Origin: Eubacteriales bacterium | GTDB taxonomy: Bacteria; Bacillota; Clostridia; Christensenellales; CAG-917 | Assembly: GCA_035449045.1 (NCBI GenBank) | Contig: DAOTKC010000002.1 | Coordinates: 30,192-94,191 of the forward strand | DNA: 64,000 nt | Direction of reading: 5' to 3' | Program-made: the position numbers and the translations under genes | In this document: piece by piece, positions 35,973 through 45,425 of the stretch | Numbering within the stretch: position 1 is the first letter of the stretch | Layout: each line of letters opens with the position of its first letter | Notes under the pieces: model-generated | The model's input: the letters and a program-made list of their open reading frames with translations, nothing else | Databases searched by the model: none | What the model was told of the DNA's origin: nothing

Positions 35973-36188
35973 ATTACTATTATATCGTAGTATTTCTGTT
36001 TGTCAAATCTTTTTTGGTTTTAATGGGTTTTTGTTTCAAATCAGGCTTATTGAGATTTGATTAATTTGTTATCGTTGCTTTTGCGCCAAAAAATACGGCT
36101 CGCTTTTGAGCCGCCGCTTTTTGTTGCTTTTAGGTTTGAACCCATAGATATATACCGCGGTTTTCCCAATCGGCCTTTTAATTAATGC

Positions 36189-36217
36189 TTGATATACTTA
36201 CTTTGCTATGTTATAAT
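36189..36217 (+). promoter_or_regulatory. Sigma-A-type promoter of the P-type ATPase gene
   Basis: TTGATA (36189-36194), 17-nt spacer, TATAAT (36212-36217). Confidence 0.75.
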
Positions 36218-36248
36218 TCTATGGTATTTTGTAAATAAGAGGGATGAC

Positions 36249-38759
36249 ATGAGTATTGCCGAAGAAAAAGGCCTCAATTTAGCCGCGGAGAGCGCGCTTG
36301 AAACCGAGACAGAAATCCGGGGGACAGACGAAAATAATTTAAGTTTTTTGGCAATAGGTCTGACTGCGGAAGAGGTGCGGGATAAAACGGAGCGCGGCGA
36401 GGTCAACGGTGACCTCAACATCCGCACAAAGTCGTTCGGCAAAATTATCGTATCAAACGTTTTCACACTATTTAATATCATAAACTTCATTTTAGCGGCG
36501 CTTATTTTTTCCGTTCAGCCCTTTACCGACGCCGTCGTTCAATGCGGCTTCTTAATTTTGATTTTCCTCAATATGTTCTCCGGTCTCATTCAGGAAATCC
36601 GTGCCAAAATCACCATCGATAAGCTGTCGTTGCTGTCGGCGCCCAAGTGCAGGGTTATTCGGGACGGCGAGGAAAAAGAGATAGCCATAAAAGATATCGC
36701 GCTCGGCGAGCTGATGGTTTTTACCGCGGGCTGTCAAATCTGCGCCGACTCCGAAGTTCTCTTTGGCACCGCCGAGGTCAACGAGGCGCTGGTGACGGGC
36801 GAGCCCGATGCCGTTTTGAAGACGACGGGCAGCAAGCTGCTTTCGGGCAGTTTTGTGGTATCGGGCGAAATAAAGGCGCGCGCCACCGCCGTCGGAGCCG
36901 ACAACTACGCTCAAAAAATTTCGGCGGGCGCAAAATACATCAAAAAGCCCAACTCCGATATAGTGGTGTCGCTAAAAGCCATCATTCGTCTGATGTCGTT
37001 CGTAGTCGTCCCGCTGGGCGTCGCCTTGTTTTTAAAGTCCTATCTATGGGATAAGCTGGCGCTTTCGGGCTCCGTCCTCGCCATGACGGCGTCGATGATA
37101 AGCATGATTCCGCAGGGATTGGTAGCCTTGACTTCAGTAGTTTTTGCGATATCCATCATCAAGCTTTCCAAACACAACACGCTGGTGCAGGATTTATACT
37201 GCATCGAAACGCTGGCGCGGGTTGACGTGCTCTGCTTGGATAAAACGGGCACGATAACCGAGGGGAGTATGGTGTTTGAAAAGCTCCATCCCGCCGAAGG
37301 CGTCAGCGAGCAGGAGATGGAGGAGGCGATAACGGCGCTCGTAGGCGCGCTCTCCGACAATAACCCCACTTTTATGGCGCTCCGCGAGCGGTTTTTTAAA
37401 GAGGGCTCGGAGCAAGCGGTCAACGTCGTGCCTTTTTCCTCTAAGCGGAAATGGAGCGGTGCCGCTTTTGCGAACGGTAGCTTTATGATGGGCGCCTCCG
37501 AGTTTTTGCTGAAAAGCGAGGACATTCAAAAATACTCCGAGATTATCGCGGAATATTCGGGGGGCGGCTCGCGCGTCATGGCGCTTGTCAAGACCAATGA
37601 CGTCCTTTCCGACTACGAAGGCAAAAAAGACGTCGAGCTGATGGGATTTATTTTAATCACCGACAAAATCCGCGACGAGGCGGAAAGCACACTCAAATTT
37701 TTCGCCGAGCAGGGCGTGCAACTAAAGATTATCTCGGGCGACAACCACCTCACCGTGGCGGCTGTGGCAAAGCGGGCGGGGCTTATAGGCGCCGACAACG
37801 CCGTCGACGCCACCACGCTCAAGACCGAGGAGGAAATTTTGGAGGCGGCGGAAAAATACACCGTTTTCGGAAGAGTGGTTCCCGAACAGAAACTGATGCT
37901 GATTAAGGCGCTCAAGGCGCAAGGGCACACCGTGGCAATGACGGGCGACGGCGTCAACGACGTGCTGGCGCTTAAAGAGGCCGATTGCAGCGTCGCCATG
38001 GCGTCGGGAAGCGATGCGGCGAGGACGGTCTCCCAGCTCGTGCTTTTGGACAGCAATTTCAAGAGCATGCCCAAGATAGTTGCCGAGGGCAGGCGCAACA
38101 TAAACAACCTTCAGCGGACAGCCGGCCTCTATCTCACCAAGACCGTCTATTCGCTTCTGCTCGGCATTCTCTTTGTCATCCCTTGGGTGGGCGCCTATCC
38201 CTACGAGCCCATTCACCTGACGTTCGTGGGCGGTTTCGCCATCGGCATCCCCTCGGCGCTTCTTGCGCTCGCGCCCAACGAAGAGCGTGTCAAAGGTCGA
38301 TTTATCAACACCACTATGGCGCGCGCGCTGCCCGGCGCGCTGACGCTGTTTTTGTGCATAGTTTCCGTCCAAATAGGGAATATTTTAGCGGGCGTCAGCG
38401 CCGACGAGCTTTCCACCGTATGCGTCGTCGCCATCGGCTTGGTTTCCTTCGCCGTGCTTTTCAGAATTTCCCTCCCCGTAAATCCCTTCCGGCTGTCGCT
38501 GTTTATTTTGATGTTCGGGCTCTTCTTCCTCTGCTGGTGGATTTTGACGGCCGACCCAATTCCCTTCATTTCGCCGCTCATCCGCTCCATCAACATCAGC
38601 CTCATTCCTTTCCAAAACTTCACCATGCCCATGCTCTATCTGCTGATTCCCGCCGCCGTGATAGCGGTGGTGTCCATGGTGGCGCTGACGCTCCTTTTCG
38701 AAACCTACGCCAAAAAGCGCTCCTTTAACCTCATCGCAAAGATTTTGCGCGTGAAATAA
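36249..38759 (+). CDS. Cation-translocating P-type ATPase (HAD-IC family)
   Basis: Motifs TGEP, CLDKTGTITEG, MTGDGVNDVLALKEADCSVAM and about 10 TM segments. I chose ATG 36249 (RBS AGAGGGA) because the ORF-track start 36189 coincides with the -35 box. Ion specificity cannot be told from sequence alone. Confidence 0.85.
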   Translation: MSIAEEKGLNLAAESALETETEIRGTDENNLSFLAIGLTAEEVRDKTERGEVNGDLNIRTKSFGKIIVSNVFTLFNIINFILAALIFSVQPFTDAVVQCGFLILIFLNMFSGLIQEIRAKITIDKLSLLSAPKCRVIRDGEEKEIAIKDIALGELMVFTAGCQICADSEVLFGTAEVNEALVTGEPDAVLKTTGSKLLSGSFVVSGEIKARATAVGADNYAQKISAGAKYIKKPNSDIVVSLKAIIRLMSFVVVPLGVALFLKSYLWDKLALSGSVLAMTASMISMIPQGLVALTSVVFAISIIKLSKHNTLVQDLYCIETLARVDVLCLDKTGTITEGSMVFEKLHPAEGVSEQEMEEAITALVGALSDNNPTFMALRERFFKEGSEQAVNVVPFSSKRKWSGAAFANGSFMMGASEFLLKSEDIQKYSEIIAEYSGGGSRVMALVKTNDVLSDYEGKKDVELMGFILITDKIRDEAESTLKFFAEQGVQLKIISGDNHLTVAAVAKRAGLIGADNAVDATTLKTEEEILEAAEKYTVFGRVVPEQKLMLIKALKAQGHTVAMTGDGVNDVLALKEADCSVAMASGSDAARTVSQLVLLDSNFKSMPKIVAEGRRNINNLQRTAGLYLTKTVYSLLLGILFVIPWVGAYPYEPIHLTFVGGFAIGIPSALLALAPNEERVKGRFINTTMARALPGALTLFLCIVSVQIGNILAGVSADELSTVCVVAIGLVSFAVLFRISLPVNPFRLSLFILMFGLFFLCWWILTADPIPFISPLIRSINISLIPFQNFTMPMLYLLIPAAVIAVVSMVALTLLFETYAKKRSFNLIAKILRVK

Positions 38760-38771
38760 TTTAAACAATAC

Positions 38772-38812
38772 TAAAAAAGGCTAAGAGAGCGGCTTTACGC
38801 CGCTCTCTTAAT
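38772..38812. terminator. Bidirectional intrinsic terminator between convergent genes
   Basis: AAGAGAGCGGC-TTTAC-GCCGCTCTCTT, with an A-run upstream and a weak T-run downstream. Confidence 0.7.
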
Positions 38813-38894
38813 TTACCTTGATTAAATTTGGTAATTTAATTAATTTGATTGATTATTAGTTATTTTTTAATATTGAGCCGAATTTTTGCTTTAT

Positions 38895-40124
38895 TTAGCG
38901 GCCTACCGAGGTATTGTCCTCGACGCGGCTTCTGAGGTCGGCGATGGGGTGTGGAGCTATCTCATAGCGGTAGTCCTTGCCGAATTCCTTAATATAGCGG
39001 TCGATGGTCTTGTGGCTGGCGACGTCGGCAAGCGAGCTGTTGATTTGCTTTTGGACGGTGAAGAACTCGAAATCCTTGGGAAGGGTGTCGACGTCGGAAT
39101 AGTCCTCTCTCACCGAGGTCAGACGAACGCTTGAAAGAACGCCGCGGACATATTCCTTATTGGGGTGGAATTTAATGAGCTCGGGGAACTCGCCGACGGG
39201 TATCACCTCGCTCCAATGCCGCCCCTCGTATTTTTCAAGAAGCTCGGCGGCGCGGTGCAGGTGGGCGACTTCCTGCTCAAAATGGCGTTCCCAAATCTTT
39301 TTGATGTCCTTGTCGGTCTCGTCCATGAAGCAGGAATAATAGAGATAGCACTCGGTGTATTCATGTTCCAAAAGGCCGGCCAGCCAACTGCAGGTGGTGT
39401 CCATAAGGCTTCCGTAGTGGGTGACGTGCTGCTCCTCAATCATGGCGATTTCCTGGAAGAGCTTGCGGCCGATGTCGCTTGAATAGAAGCCGTTCTGGTT
39501 CATATAGTAGTTCATCGTCTGCTGTTCGGCGGCAGTGATTATGCCGATGTTGAGCTTGGTTATGGGGTCGCTGACCTTATAGTTGACGTAGCGCCTGACA
39601 TCGTCGTAGGGGTGGCGGTGCTCGGAAATCGTGGGGCGGCCGGGCATTATCTCGGTGTAGCTTCCCACAAGCCGCTCGGCGCGGATGCCGTGCTCCATCT
39701 CGAGAAGGTCGGCAAAGCGGTAAAGGTGGTCGAAGTCCTCGAGAAGGGCAAAATCAAGCGCTTTTTTGACGTATTCGTCCTTTTCGCGCTGCGCCAAAAT
39801 GGCGGTTAAATCGACGGCTAGCTGTTCGTAGCCGATGGTGTTTTCCAAAATGCTCTCATTAATGGGCTTTAAGCAGGATATGCGCTTTTGCTGTTGTTGC
39901 TCTATCCGCCTGCTCAACGCAAGCTCGCGGCGAATGTCGTTGTTAGGCTCATGCCGGTGAAATTGATGCGAAAACCAGACCGCCTCATATTCCGTGCCGT
40001 CCATAAGGATGCAGCGCACCTTAGTATAGGGGTCGGCTTCGTCTTTATCGTAGGACTTGGGGTATAAGTCTTTCCAGCTTTCGAACTCGTTCAGTTTTTT
40101 GGGTTTTTCGGTAAACGGATTCAT
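38895..40124 (-). CDS. Ferritin-like diiron-carboxylate superfamily protein of unknown function (409 aa)
   Basis: Repeated E...ExxH-type helices (LLEDFDHLYRF, IEEQHVTHYGS, EHEYTECYLYY, HFEQEVAHLHRA). RBS AGGAGAG. I recognise no specific family. Confidence 0.65.
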   Translation of the reverse strand: MNPFTEKPKKLNEFESWKDLYPKSYDKDEADPYTKVRCILMDGTEYEAVWFSHQFHRHEPNNDIRRELALSRRIEQQQQKRISCLKPINESILENTIGYEQLAVDLTAILAQREKDEYVKKALDFALLEDFDHLYRFADLLEMEHGIRAERLVGSYTEIMPGRPTISEHRHPYDDVRRYVNYKVSDPITKLNIGIITAAEQQTMNYYMNQNGFYSSDIGRKLFQEIAMIEEQHVTHYGSLMDTTCSWLAGLLEHEYTECYLYYSCFMDETDKDIKKIWERHFEQEVAHLHRAAELLEKYEGRHWSEVIPVGEFPELIKFHPNKEYVRGVLSSVRLTSVREDYSDVDTLPKDFEFFTVQKQINSSLADVASHKTIDRYIKEFGKDYRYEIAPHPIADLRSRVEDNTSVGR

Positions 40125-40348
40125 AAAACTCTCCTTTATAAGGTTTTTCTTTAGTATCTTTCGTCACCGTAAATTAATACCGCTTGAGCTTAAAAGCCAA
40201 AGAAATACATAGAAAAAACTTGGAAAAATTAAAAATCCAAAAGAAAATTAATGCTGCAAATTAGAAATAAATCGGAGTTTATTGCCAAAATAAAAGGTTT
40301 ATATATAAAAGTTGAATATTTAAAATGCCTTTTTGAAAATTTGGAAAA

Positions 40349-40927
40349 TTATTCGGGACTAATTTTCGAAAAAACGCAGCCGCAAAAGTTTTGGCGGTAT
40401 AAATTATATTTTTTTGACAGCTCGATTGATTTTTTGTAGCCGTCGTTTTTCTTGAAATCGGATGGCAGATATTTCGGCGAAAGCGACAAGCCTATTGCGT
40501 TGATTTTGTCAGCGTCCTTTAGAGGGCTCAGCGTCAGAGTAGTCGCGAAATAATCAAAATCCCCCGCGGCCTCGGCGGCCGCGCTCAAGCGCAAAGTGTA
40601 ACAAGCCTCGCACCTTTTGCCGCGCTCGGGCTCCTGCTCCAGCCCCGTTGCGGCCTCGTTAAAAAGCTCGGGCATATAGCAGCCGTCGATTGCGTTCAAA
40701 CCGAATATGCTTGAAAACCGCTTCAGCTCCGAAAAGCGCTTTCGATATTCCTCCTCGTTCGTTATGTTGGGGTTGAAAAAATAGGGCGTGGTTTCAAATG
40801 AACCAAGCAAACAATCAAACGCGGCTGAGGCGCACGGCGCGCAGCAACAATGAAGAAGCAGCCTCGGTTTTTTCGCCGTGGCCTTCAGCTCTTCGATTAG
40901 TTTTAATAACTGCCTTTGCGCATTCAT
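40349..40927 (-). CDS. queH: Epoxyqueuosine reductase QueH (DUF208)
   Basis: LLLHCCCAPCAS, RCEACYTLRL and YRQNFCGC cysteine motifs; about 190 aa. Confidence 0.85.
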   Translation of the reverse strand: MNAQRQLLKLIEELKATAKKPRLLLHCCCAPCASAAFDCLLGSFETTPYFFNPNITNEEEYRKRFSELKRFSSIFGLNAIDGCYMPELFNEAATGLEQEPERGKRCEACYTLRLSAAAEAAGDFDYFATTLTLSPLKDADKINAIGLSLSPKYLPSDFKKNDGYKKSIELSKKYNLYRQNFCGCVFSKISPE

Positions 40928-40948
40928 CCGTGTTAATAAATTAAATTT

Positions 40949-41053
40949 AGGCTATTAGCCTTAACCACAGTTTTTCGTTTTTCGTTGAGCGTTTTTCGTT
41001 CGGCGAAGCCGCCATCCGCCATTATTCATTATTCATTATTCATTATTCATTTA
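40949..41053 (-). repeat. Dispersed heptad-built intergenic element, copy 3 (minus-strand orientation)
   Basis: The reverse complement reads TAA-(ATGAATA)x4-ATGGCGGATGGCGGCTTCGCCGAACGAAAAACGCTCAACGAAAAACGAAAAACTGTGG, then hairpin AGGCT-AAT-AGCCT. It shares 28 identical nt with copy 2 and 25 with copy 1. It starts at the trkH stop codon. Confidence 0.85.
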
Positions 41054-42499
41054 TCTTCTTGTCCATGTGCGCGGCGAGAACAGCATGAGAAGAGGGAAAA
41101 TTTCCAGCCTGCCCAAAAGCATGATACCGGACAGCACCAGCTTGGAAAAGTAGGAAAACACCGAAAAGTTGCCCGAAGGCCCTATGATGCCAAGTCCCGG
41201 CCCTACGTTGCTTATCGAGGTCAGCACCGCCGAAAAAGAGACGGCAAAACCGAGGTTGTCAACGGTAACCAAAATGACCGCCGCGATAAATACCAGCACG
41301 TAGACGACAAAATAGGTGTTGGCGCCTCTGACGTCGGCTTCAGACAGCGGTTTTCCGTCCAGCTTTACGGTGTGGACGCTCCTCGGGCTTATGACGCGCT
41401 TGATTTCGGCAAACACCGATTTCAACAAAATAATGAGCCTCGACACCTTGAACCCGCCGCCTGTCGAGGATGCGCATGCGCCTATGAACATGGTTAGCAT
41501 TAGTATAGCCTGCGAAATAGCCGGCCACTTGGTGTAATCGGCCGTCGAAAAACCCGTCGTCGAGCTGACTGTTATCGTTTGGAAGGAGGCGTATCTTAAG
41601 GCTGTTCCGAAGTTTCCGTAAAGGTGCATGATATTTAAAGAGATAAAGAGTATGGCGGCGACGAGATATATCGTATAAAATTTGAACTCAGTGCTCTTTA
41701 CGGCGTCTTTAAATTTTTTCAAAAGAAAGAGATAATATATTGTGAAATTCAGGCTGAAGAGATACATAAAGACGGTCACGACGATATCAACGTAGACGCT
41801 ACCGAAGGCGGCGATGCTTGCGTTCGTGGCGGCAAACCCGCCCGTGCCCGCCGTGCTAAGCGCGACGATTGCCGAATTGAAAGGATCCATGCCGCCTATC
41901 AGCAGAAGAATCATCAATAAAACCGTCATGACGAAATAGATGAGATAAAGAACCTGCGCGCCGAAGCGGACTTTGGAAACCATCTTGCCCAGTTTGGGGC
42001 CGGGGCTCTCCCACTTCATAAGCTGAAATACGGTGGCGTCCGAGGTGGGAAGCACGGCGAGCGCAAGGACTAAAACGCCCATGCCGCCCAGCCAGTGGGT
42101 GAAGCTCCGCCAAAAGAGCACCGATTTATCGAGCGCCTCGATATCGGTCAATATTGTGGCGCCCGTCGTGGTGAAGCCCGACACCGTTTCAAAGATGCAG
42201 TCGACGAAGTTCGTTATCGAGCGGCTGAATAAAAAAGGCAGCGCGCCCAAGACGGAGACCAAAACCCAAGAGAATCCGACGACCATAAAGCCTTCCCGCA
42301 CGGTAATCGTCTTGGTTTTGGGCTTGACGAAGGTAACGAGCGCGGCGGCGGGGACTGCCATCGCCAAAACAGTCCAGAGAAAGGCTAGCGCCGAATTGTA
42401 TTCTTTAAGCCCCAGCGCGATAGCGAGCGGAATAAGGAGCGTCGCCGACACTATGAGAAGAATCTTGCCTATTAAATTAAAGACCATTCTGAAATTCAT
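41051..42499 (-). CDS. trkH: TrkH/KtrB-family potassium uptake membrane subunit
   Basis: 482 aa polytopic protein with repeated pore-loop-like segments (SGFTTTGAT, STAGTGGF, SSTTGFST, ISNVGPGLG). Confidence 0.85.
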   Translation of the reverse strand: MNFRMVFNLIGKILLIVSATLLIPLAIALGLKEYNSALAFLWTVLAMAVPAAALVTFVKPKTKTITVREGFMVVGFSWVLVSVLGALPFLFSRSITNFVDCIFETVSGFTTTGATILTDIEALDKSVLFWRSFTHWLGGMGVLVLALAVLPTSDATVFQLMKWESPGPKLGKMVSKVRFGAQVLYLIYFVMTVLLMILLLIGGMDPFNSAIVALSTAGTGGFAATNASIAAFGSVYVDIVVTVFMYLFSLNFTIYYLFLLKKFKDAVKSTEFKFYTIYLVAAILFISLNIMHLYGNFGTALRYASFQTITVSSTTGFSTADYTKWPAISQAILMLTMFIGACASSTGGGFKVSRLIILLKSVFAEIKRVISPRSVHTVKLDGKPLSEADVRGANTYFVVYVLVFIAAVILVTVDNLGFAVSFSAVLTSISNVGPGLGIIGPSGNFSVFSYFSKLVLSGIMLLGRLEIFPLLMLFSPRTWTRR

Positions 42500-42501
42500 A
42501 A

Positions 42502-43857
42502 TTAGTCCAAAATGTCGTCGAGCGAATTGTAACGAACGTTAGTGGTGACCGCTATGATGCGGTCGCCCGCGCATACTTCCGTCGTGCCGTCAGGAATGAT
42601 GGCATTGTCGCTGCGGATTATGCCCGCAATCAGCAGATTTTTCTTGAATTTTATGTCCTTTAGCGCGCGTCCGGCAATGGGCGAATCCTCCGATACCGAA
42701 AACTCCAGCGCCTCGGCTTGGCCGCCCGCCAGCTTGTAAAGCGTCAGAATATTGGCCTGCTTGGGCTCCTCGATGGCGCGGATATATCGGATTATGTTTT
42801 CCGCCGTCACGCGTTTGGGCGCGATGACGCTGTCAAGTTGTATATCCTCGAGGACGCCGGTGAAGGCGTCGTTGTTGACCTTTGTTACCAACTTTTTCAA
42901 ATTCAAATTCTTTAAAAACAGCGAAACCACGATATTTCTTTCGTCGTTGCCGGTCAAAACGGCGGCGCCGTCGGTGGATGCTATGCCTTCCTCAAGCAGC
43001 ACCGCCTTGTCGGTGCCGTCGGCCGCCACCACCTCGGCGCGCTCAAGTGCGTTTTTGAGCTTGACGCATTTTTGGCGATCCTGCTCCACTATTTTGACGC
43101 GGATGCCCGACTCGATGAGCTCTTTGGCGAGATAGTAAGTTATGATTCCGCCGCCGATTATCATGGCGGACTGGGCGCGGTGCTTGTAGATGCCGATTTT
43201 TTTGAAAAATAAATCGAGGTCTTTGGGCTTTGCCGCGACGTGGACGGTGTCGCCCGCTAAAATAACGAAATCGCCGTTGGGAATGACGGTCTCGTCGTCC
43301 CTTTCAACGGCGCAGATTAAAATTTTCACCTTTAATTCGGAAATAATTTCCCTCAGGCTTTTTGCCGCGATGACGGAGTCCTCGGGGATTTTGACCTCGG
43401 CAAGGTCGATTTTGCCGCCCGCGAAATAGTCGATTTTCATGGCCGAAGGCACGCGGAGCAGCCGCGAAATGGCGGCGGCGGCCTCCATTTCGGGATTAAT
43501 CATGAGGTCGATACCCAGCTGCTCGCGCATGAAGGAAAACTGCTCGAAATATTCCGGCGCGCGAACGCGCGCTATGGTGTGTTTGACGCCGGCGAGCTTG
43601 GCAGCCAGACAGCACAGTATGTTGAGCTCGTCGCCCGGCGTCAGCGCGATAAAGACGTCGGCGGATGACGCACCCGCTTCCTCAAGCACGGTGACGGATG
43701 CGGCGTTGCCGCCAATGCCTTTGATGTCGAAACGATTTACGATTTCAAAGATAATCTCGCTGTCGGTATCGATGGCGGTAATGTCGTGGCCTTCCTCCGT
43801 CAGATACCCGAGCAGCGCTTCTCCCACTTTGCCGATGCCGGCAACAATAACTTTCAT
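42502..43857 (-). CDS. trkA: Trk system potassium uptake protein TrkA (two RCK/NAD-binding plus C-terminal domains)
   Basis: MKVIVAGIGKVGEAL and a second MIIGGGIITYYLAKEL Rossmann motif; 451 aa. Its stop lies 2 nt upstream of the trkH start. Confidence 0.85.
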   Translation of the reverse strand: MKVIVAGIGKVGEALLGYLTEEGHDITAIDTDSEIIFEIVNRFDIKGIGGNAASVTVLEEAGASSADVFIALTPGDELNILCCLAAKLAGVKHTIARVRAPEYFEQFSFMREQLGIDLMINPEMEAAAAISRLLRVPSAMKIDYFAGGKIDLAEVKIPEDSVIAAKSLREIISELKVKILICAVERDDETVIPNGDFVILAGDTVHVAAKPKDLDLFFKKIGIYKHRAQSAMIIGGGIITYYLAKELIESGIRVKIVEQDRQKCVKLKNALERAEVVAADGTDKAVLLEEGIASTDGAAVLTGNDERNIVVSLFLKNLNLKKLVTKVNNDAFTGVLEDIQLDSVIAPKRVTAENIIRYIRAIEEPKQANILTLYKLAGGQAEALEFSVSEDSPIAGRALKDIKFKKNLLIAGIIRSDNAIIPDGTTEVCAGDRIIAVTTNVRYNSLDDILD

Positions 43858-43912
43858 ATAATTTCCCTAATCGATATTTTAATGTGGCGTTTTATGCCGA
43901 TAAACACTTGTT

Positions 43913-44722
43913 TCAGCGGGTTAGCAGTCCGGCGTCTAGCACAAACTGGCTGCCCGTCACGTATCGGGCGTCGTCGCTTGAGAGAAACAGCACGCTCTTT
44001 GCGACGTCCTCGGGCTCTATCCACGGCACCGGTATCAGGTTGCCCGCCGACGCCTCGGCGATTTCCTCGGGCGTCTTTCCTTCCATCATGGCGAGCCCGT
44101 CGTTCATCGGCGTGTTGACGCCGGTGGGATGGATGGTTAAAACGCGGATATTATGGGGCGCAAGTTCGATTGCCTGAGATTTGGCGAGCCCGATCATGCC
44201 CCACTTTGATGCGGCGTAATGGGAGAGGCGGCGCATGCCGCGGAGCCCGCCCACCGAGCTGTTGTAGATGATGACGCCGCCGCCGCTGTTTTTCATTAAA
44301 GGTATGACATATTTTGAAACAAGCCAGGCACCCTTAAGGTTTATGTCGAGCATGTTGTCCCACTCGGCCTCCGAAAGCTCCTCGGAAAAGCCATAGGCGC
44401 AGATGCCGGCGTTGGCAAAGAGAATATCGATTTTTGAAAAAGCCGCGGCGCCGCCATCCACTGCGGCTTTTACGTCGCCGGCGCTTCTGACATCGCCGAA
44501 AAATATCTCGCACTTTGCGCCTTTCGCCTCGATTTCGGACTTGAGCGCGCTGAGATCGCTCGTCTTGGCGTCGTTGTAGGCGGGATAGCGGATGGGGCTT
44601 GCCAAATCGAAGGCCACTACATTGGCGCCCGCTTCGGCAAAAGCCAAAGCTACGGCGCGCCCCTGTCCTTTGGCCGCGCCCGTAATGAAAACCGTCTTTC
44701 CCAAAAACTCTTTCTCCGTCAT
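43913..44722 (-). CDS. SDR-family NAD(P)-dependent oxidoreductase
   Basis: TGAAKGQG cofactor motif, NAG, and catalytic S...YAASK. Confidence 0.85.
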   Translation of the reverse strand: MTEKEFLGKTVFITGAAKGQGRAVALAFAEAGANVVAFDLASPIRYPAYNDAKTSDLSALKSEIEAKGAKCEIFFGDVRSAGDVKAAVDGGAAAFSKIDILFANAGICAYGFSEELSEAEWDNMLDINLKGAWLVSKYVIPLMKNSGGGVIIYNSSVGGLRGMRRLSHYAASKWGMIGLAKSQAIELAPHNIRVLTIHPTGVNTPMNDGLAMMEGKTPEEIAEASAGNLIPVPWIEPEDVAKSVLFLSSDDARYVTGSQFVLDAGLLTR

Positions 44723-44894
44723 ATTTTTTATCCTTTTGCTTTTGTTCTTCTACCGTGCTTTCGGTATAACACTTTGGTATAATATTTCGGTATAACGCTT
44801 CGGGTTTAAATTTAGGTTTACGCTTCGATTCGATAACCGTTAACATTAGTGAAGCAATAATAACCGTTATTATAAACTTAAACCTAGCTAAAAA

Positions 44895-45416
44895 CTATCT
44901 TTTAGTGTAGGGCACCAGATACTCGTCAAGCGGCACTTTCAGCATATTGTTGACTAAGTTGGTCGCTATCATCTGCCCCGCAAACGCCGTAAGCAGCACT
45001 ATGCCCGAATCGTCGAAATAGCGCTTTAGGCGGCCGAAAAGCTCCTCGGTTACCTCGGCGTGAGTGGCGGCGGCGCGCGCGAACTCATAGAGCGCGGCGT
45101 CCGTTTCGGAAAGCTTTAGATTGTCGGGGTCATATCCCGAATCAATCAAAATCTTTCTGAAAAAAGTGGAGCAGATGAGGCAGTCGTTGGCGTCCGAAAC
45201 GGCATAGGCGAAGAGGTTGGTCGAAAACTCGCCGATGAGCTTAACGGTCAAATCCCGAAGCTCATACCACTTCATTAACACGTAAAACGAGGGCATATGA
45301 TTTAGGAGCGTCTTTTTCATGTTGGTCATGCGCCCGTGCTTTTCCACCTGCTCGCGGAACGCCGCCTTCTGCTCGGCGTTGGCGCTGTCGTAATCAATCA
45401 TCTTTACGCGTTCCAT
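44895..45416 (-). CDS. Carboxymuconolactone decarboxylase / AhpD-like family protein
   Basis: 173 aa helical protein with a CLIC (CxxC) motif. The family assignment is tentative. Confidence 0.55.
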   Translation of the reverse strand: MERVKMIDYDSANAEQKAAFREQVEKHGRMTNMKKTLLNHMPSFYVLMKWYELRDLTVKLIGEFSTNLFAYAVSDANDCLICSTFFRKILIDSGYDPDNLKLSETDAALYEFARAAATHAEVTEELFGRLKRYFDDSGIVLLTAFAGQMIATNLVNNMLKVPLDEYLVPYTKR

Positions 45417-45425
45417 TCTTTACTC

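Noticed and set aside
35847-36188. Mg2+ (M-box) or other riboswitch in the 400-bp region upstream of the P-type ATPase
   Set aside because: The good promoter (36189-36217) lies downstream of almost the whole region and leaves a leader of only about 25 nt. A hairpin at about 36100-36125 (CGGCTC...GAGCCG plus T-run) is noted, but I cannot tie it to a transcript.
40985-41497. 170-aa plus-strand ORF starting inside repeat copy 3 (MSVFRSAKPPSAIIHYSLFIIH...)
   Set aside because: It begins in the antisense reading of the heptad element and continues antisense to trkH. The SAKPPS..IIHYSLFIIH string recurs only because the DNA repeat recurs.
43858-43912. c-di-AMP (ydaO/kimA-type) riboswitch upstream of trkA-trkH, as is common for K+ transporters in Firmicutes
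   Set aside because: Only 55 nt separate the trkA start from the preceding gene. That is too short for the >100-nt aptamer, and no conserved ACGGGGA-type elements are seen.
44808-44820. Exact 13-mer AAATTTAGGTTTA shared with 62783-62795 (similar strings near 35345 and 40943)
   Set aside because: For about 64 kb on two strands, roughly N^2/4^13, or some tens, of identical 13-mer pairs are expected by chance. The number is higher in AT-rich intergenic DNA. The similarity does not extend beyond the 13-mer.
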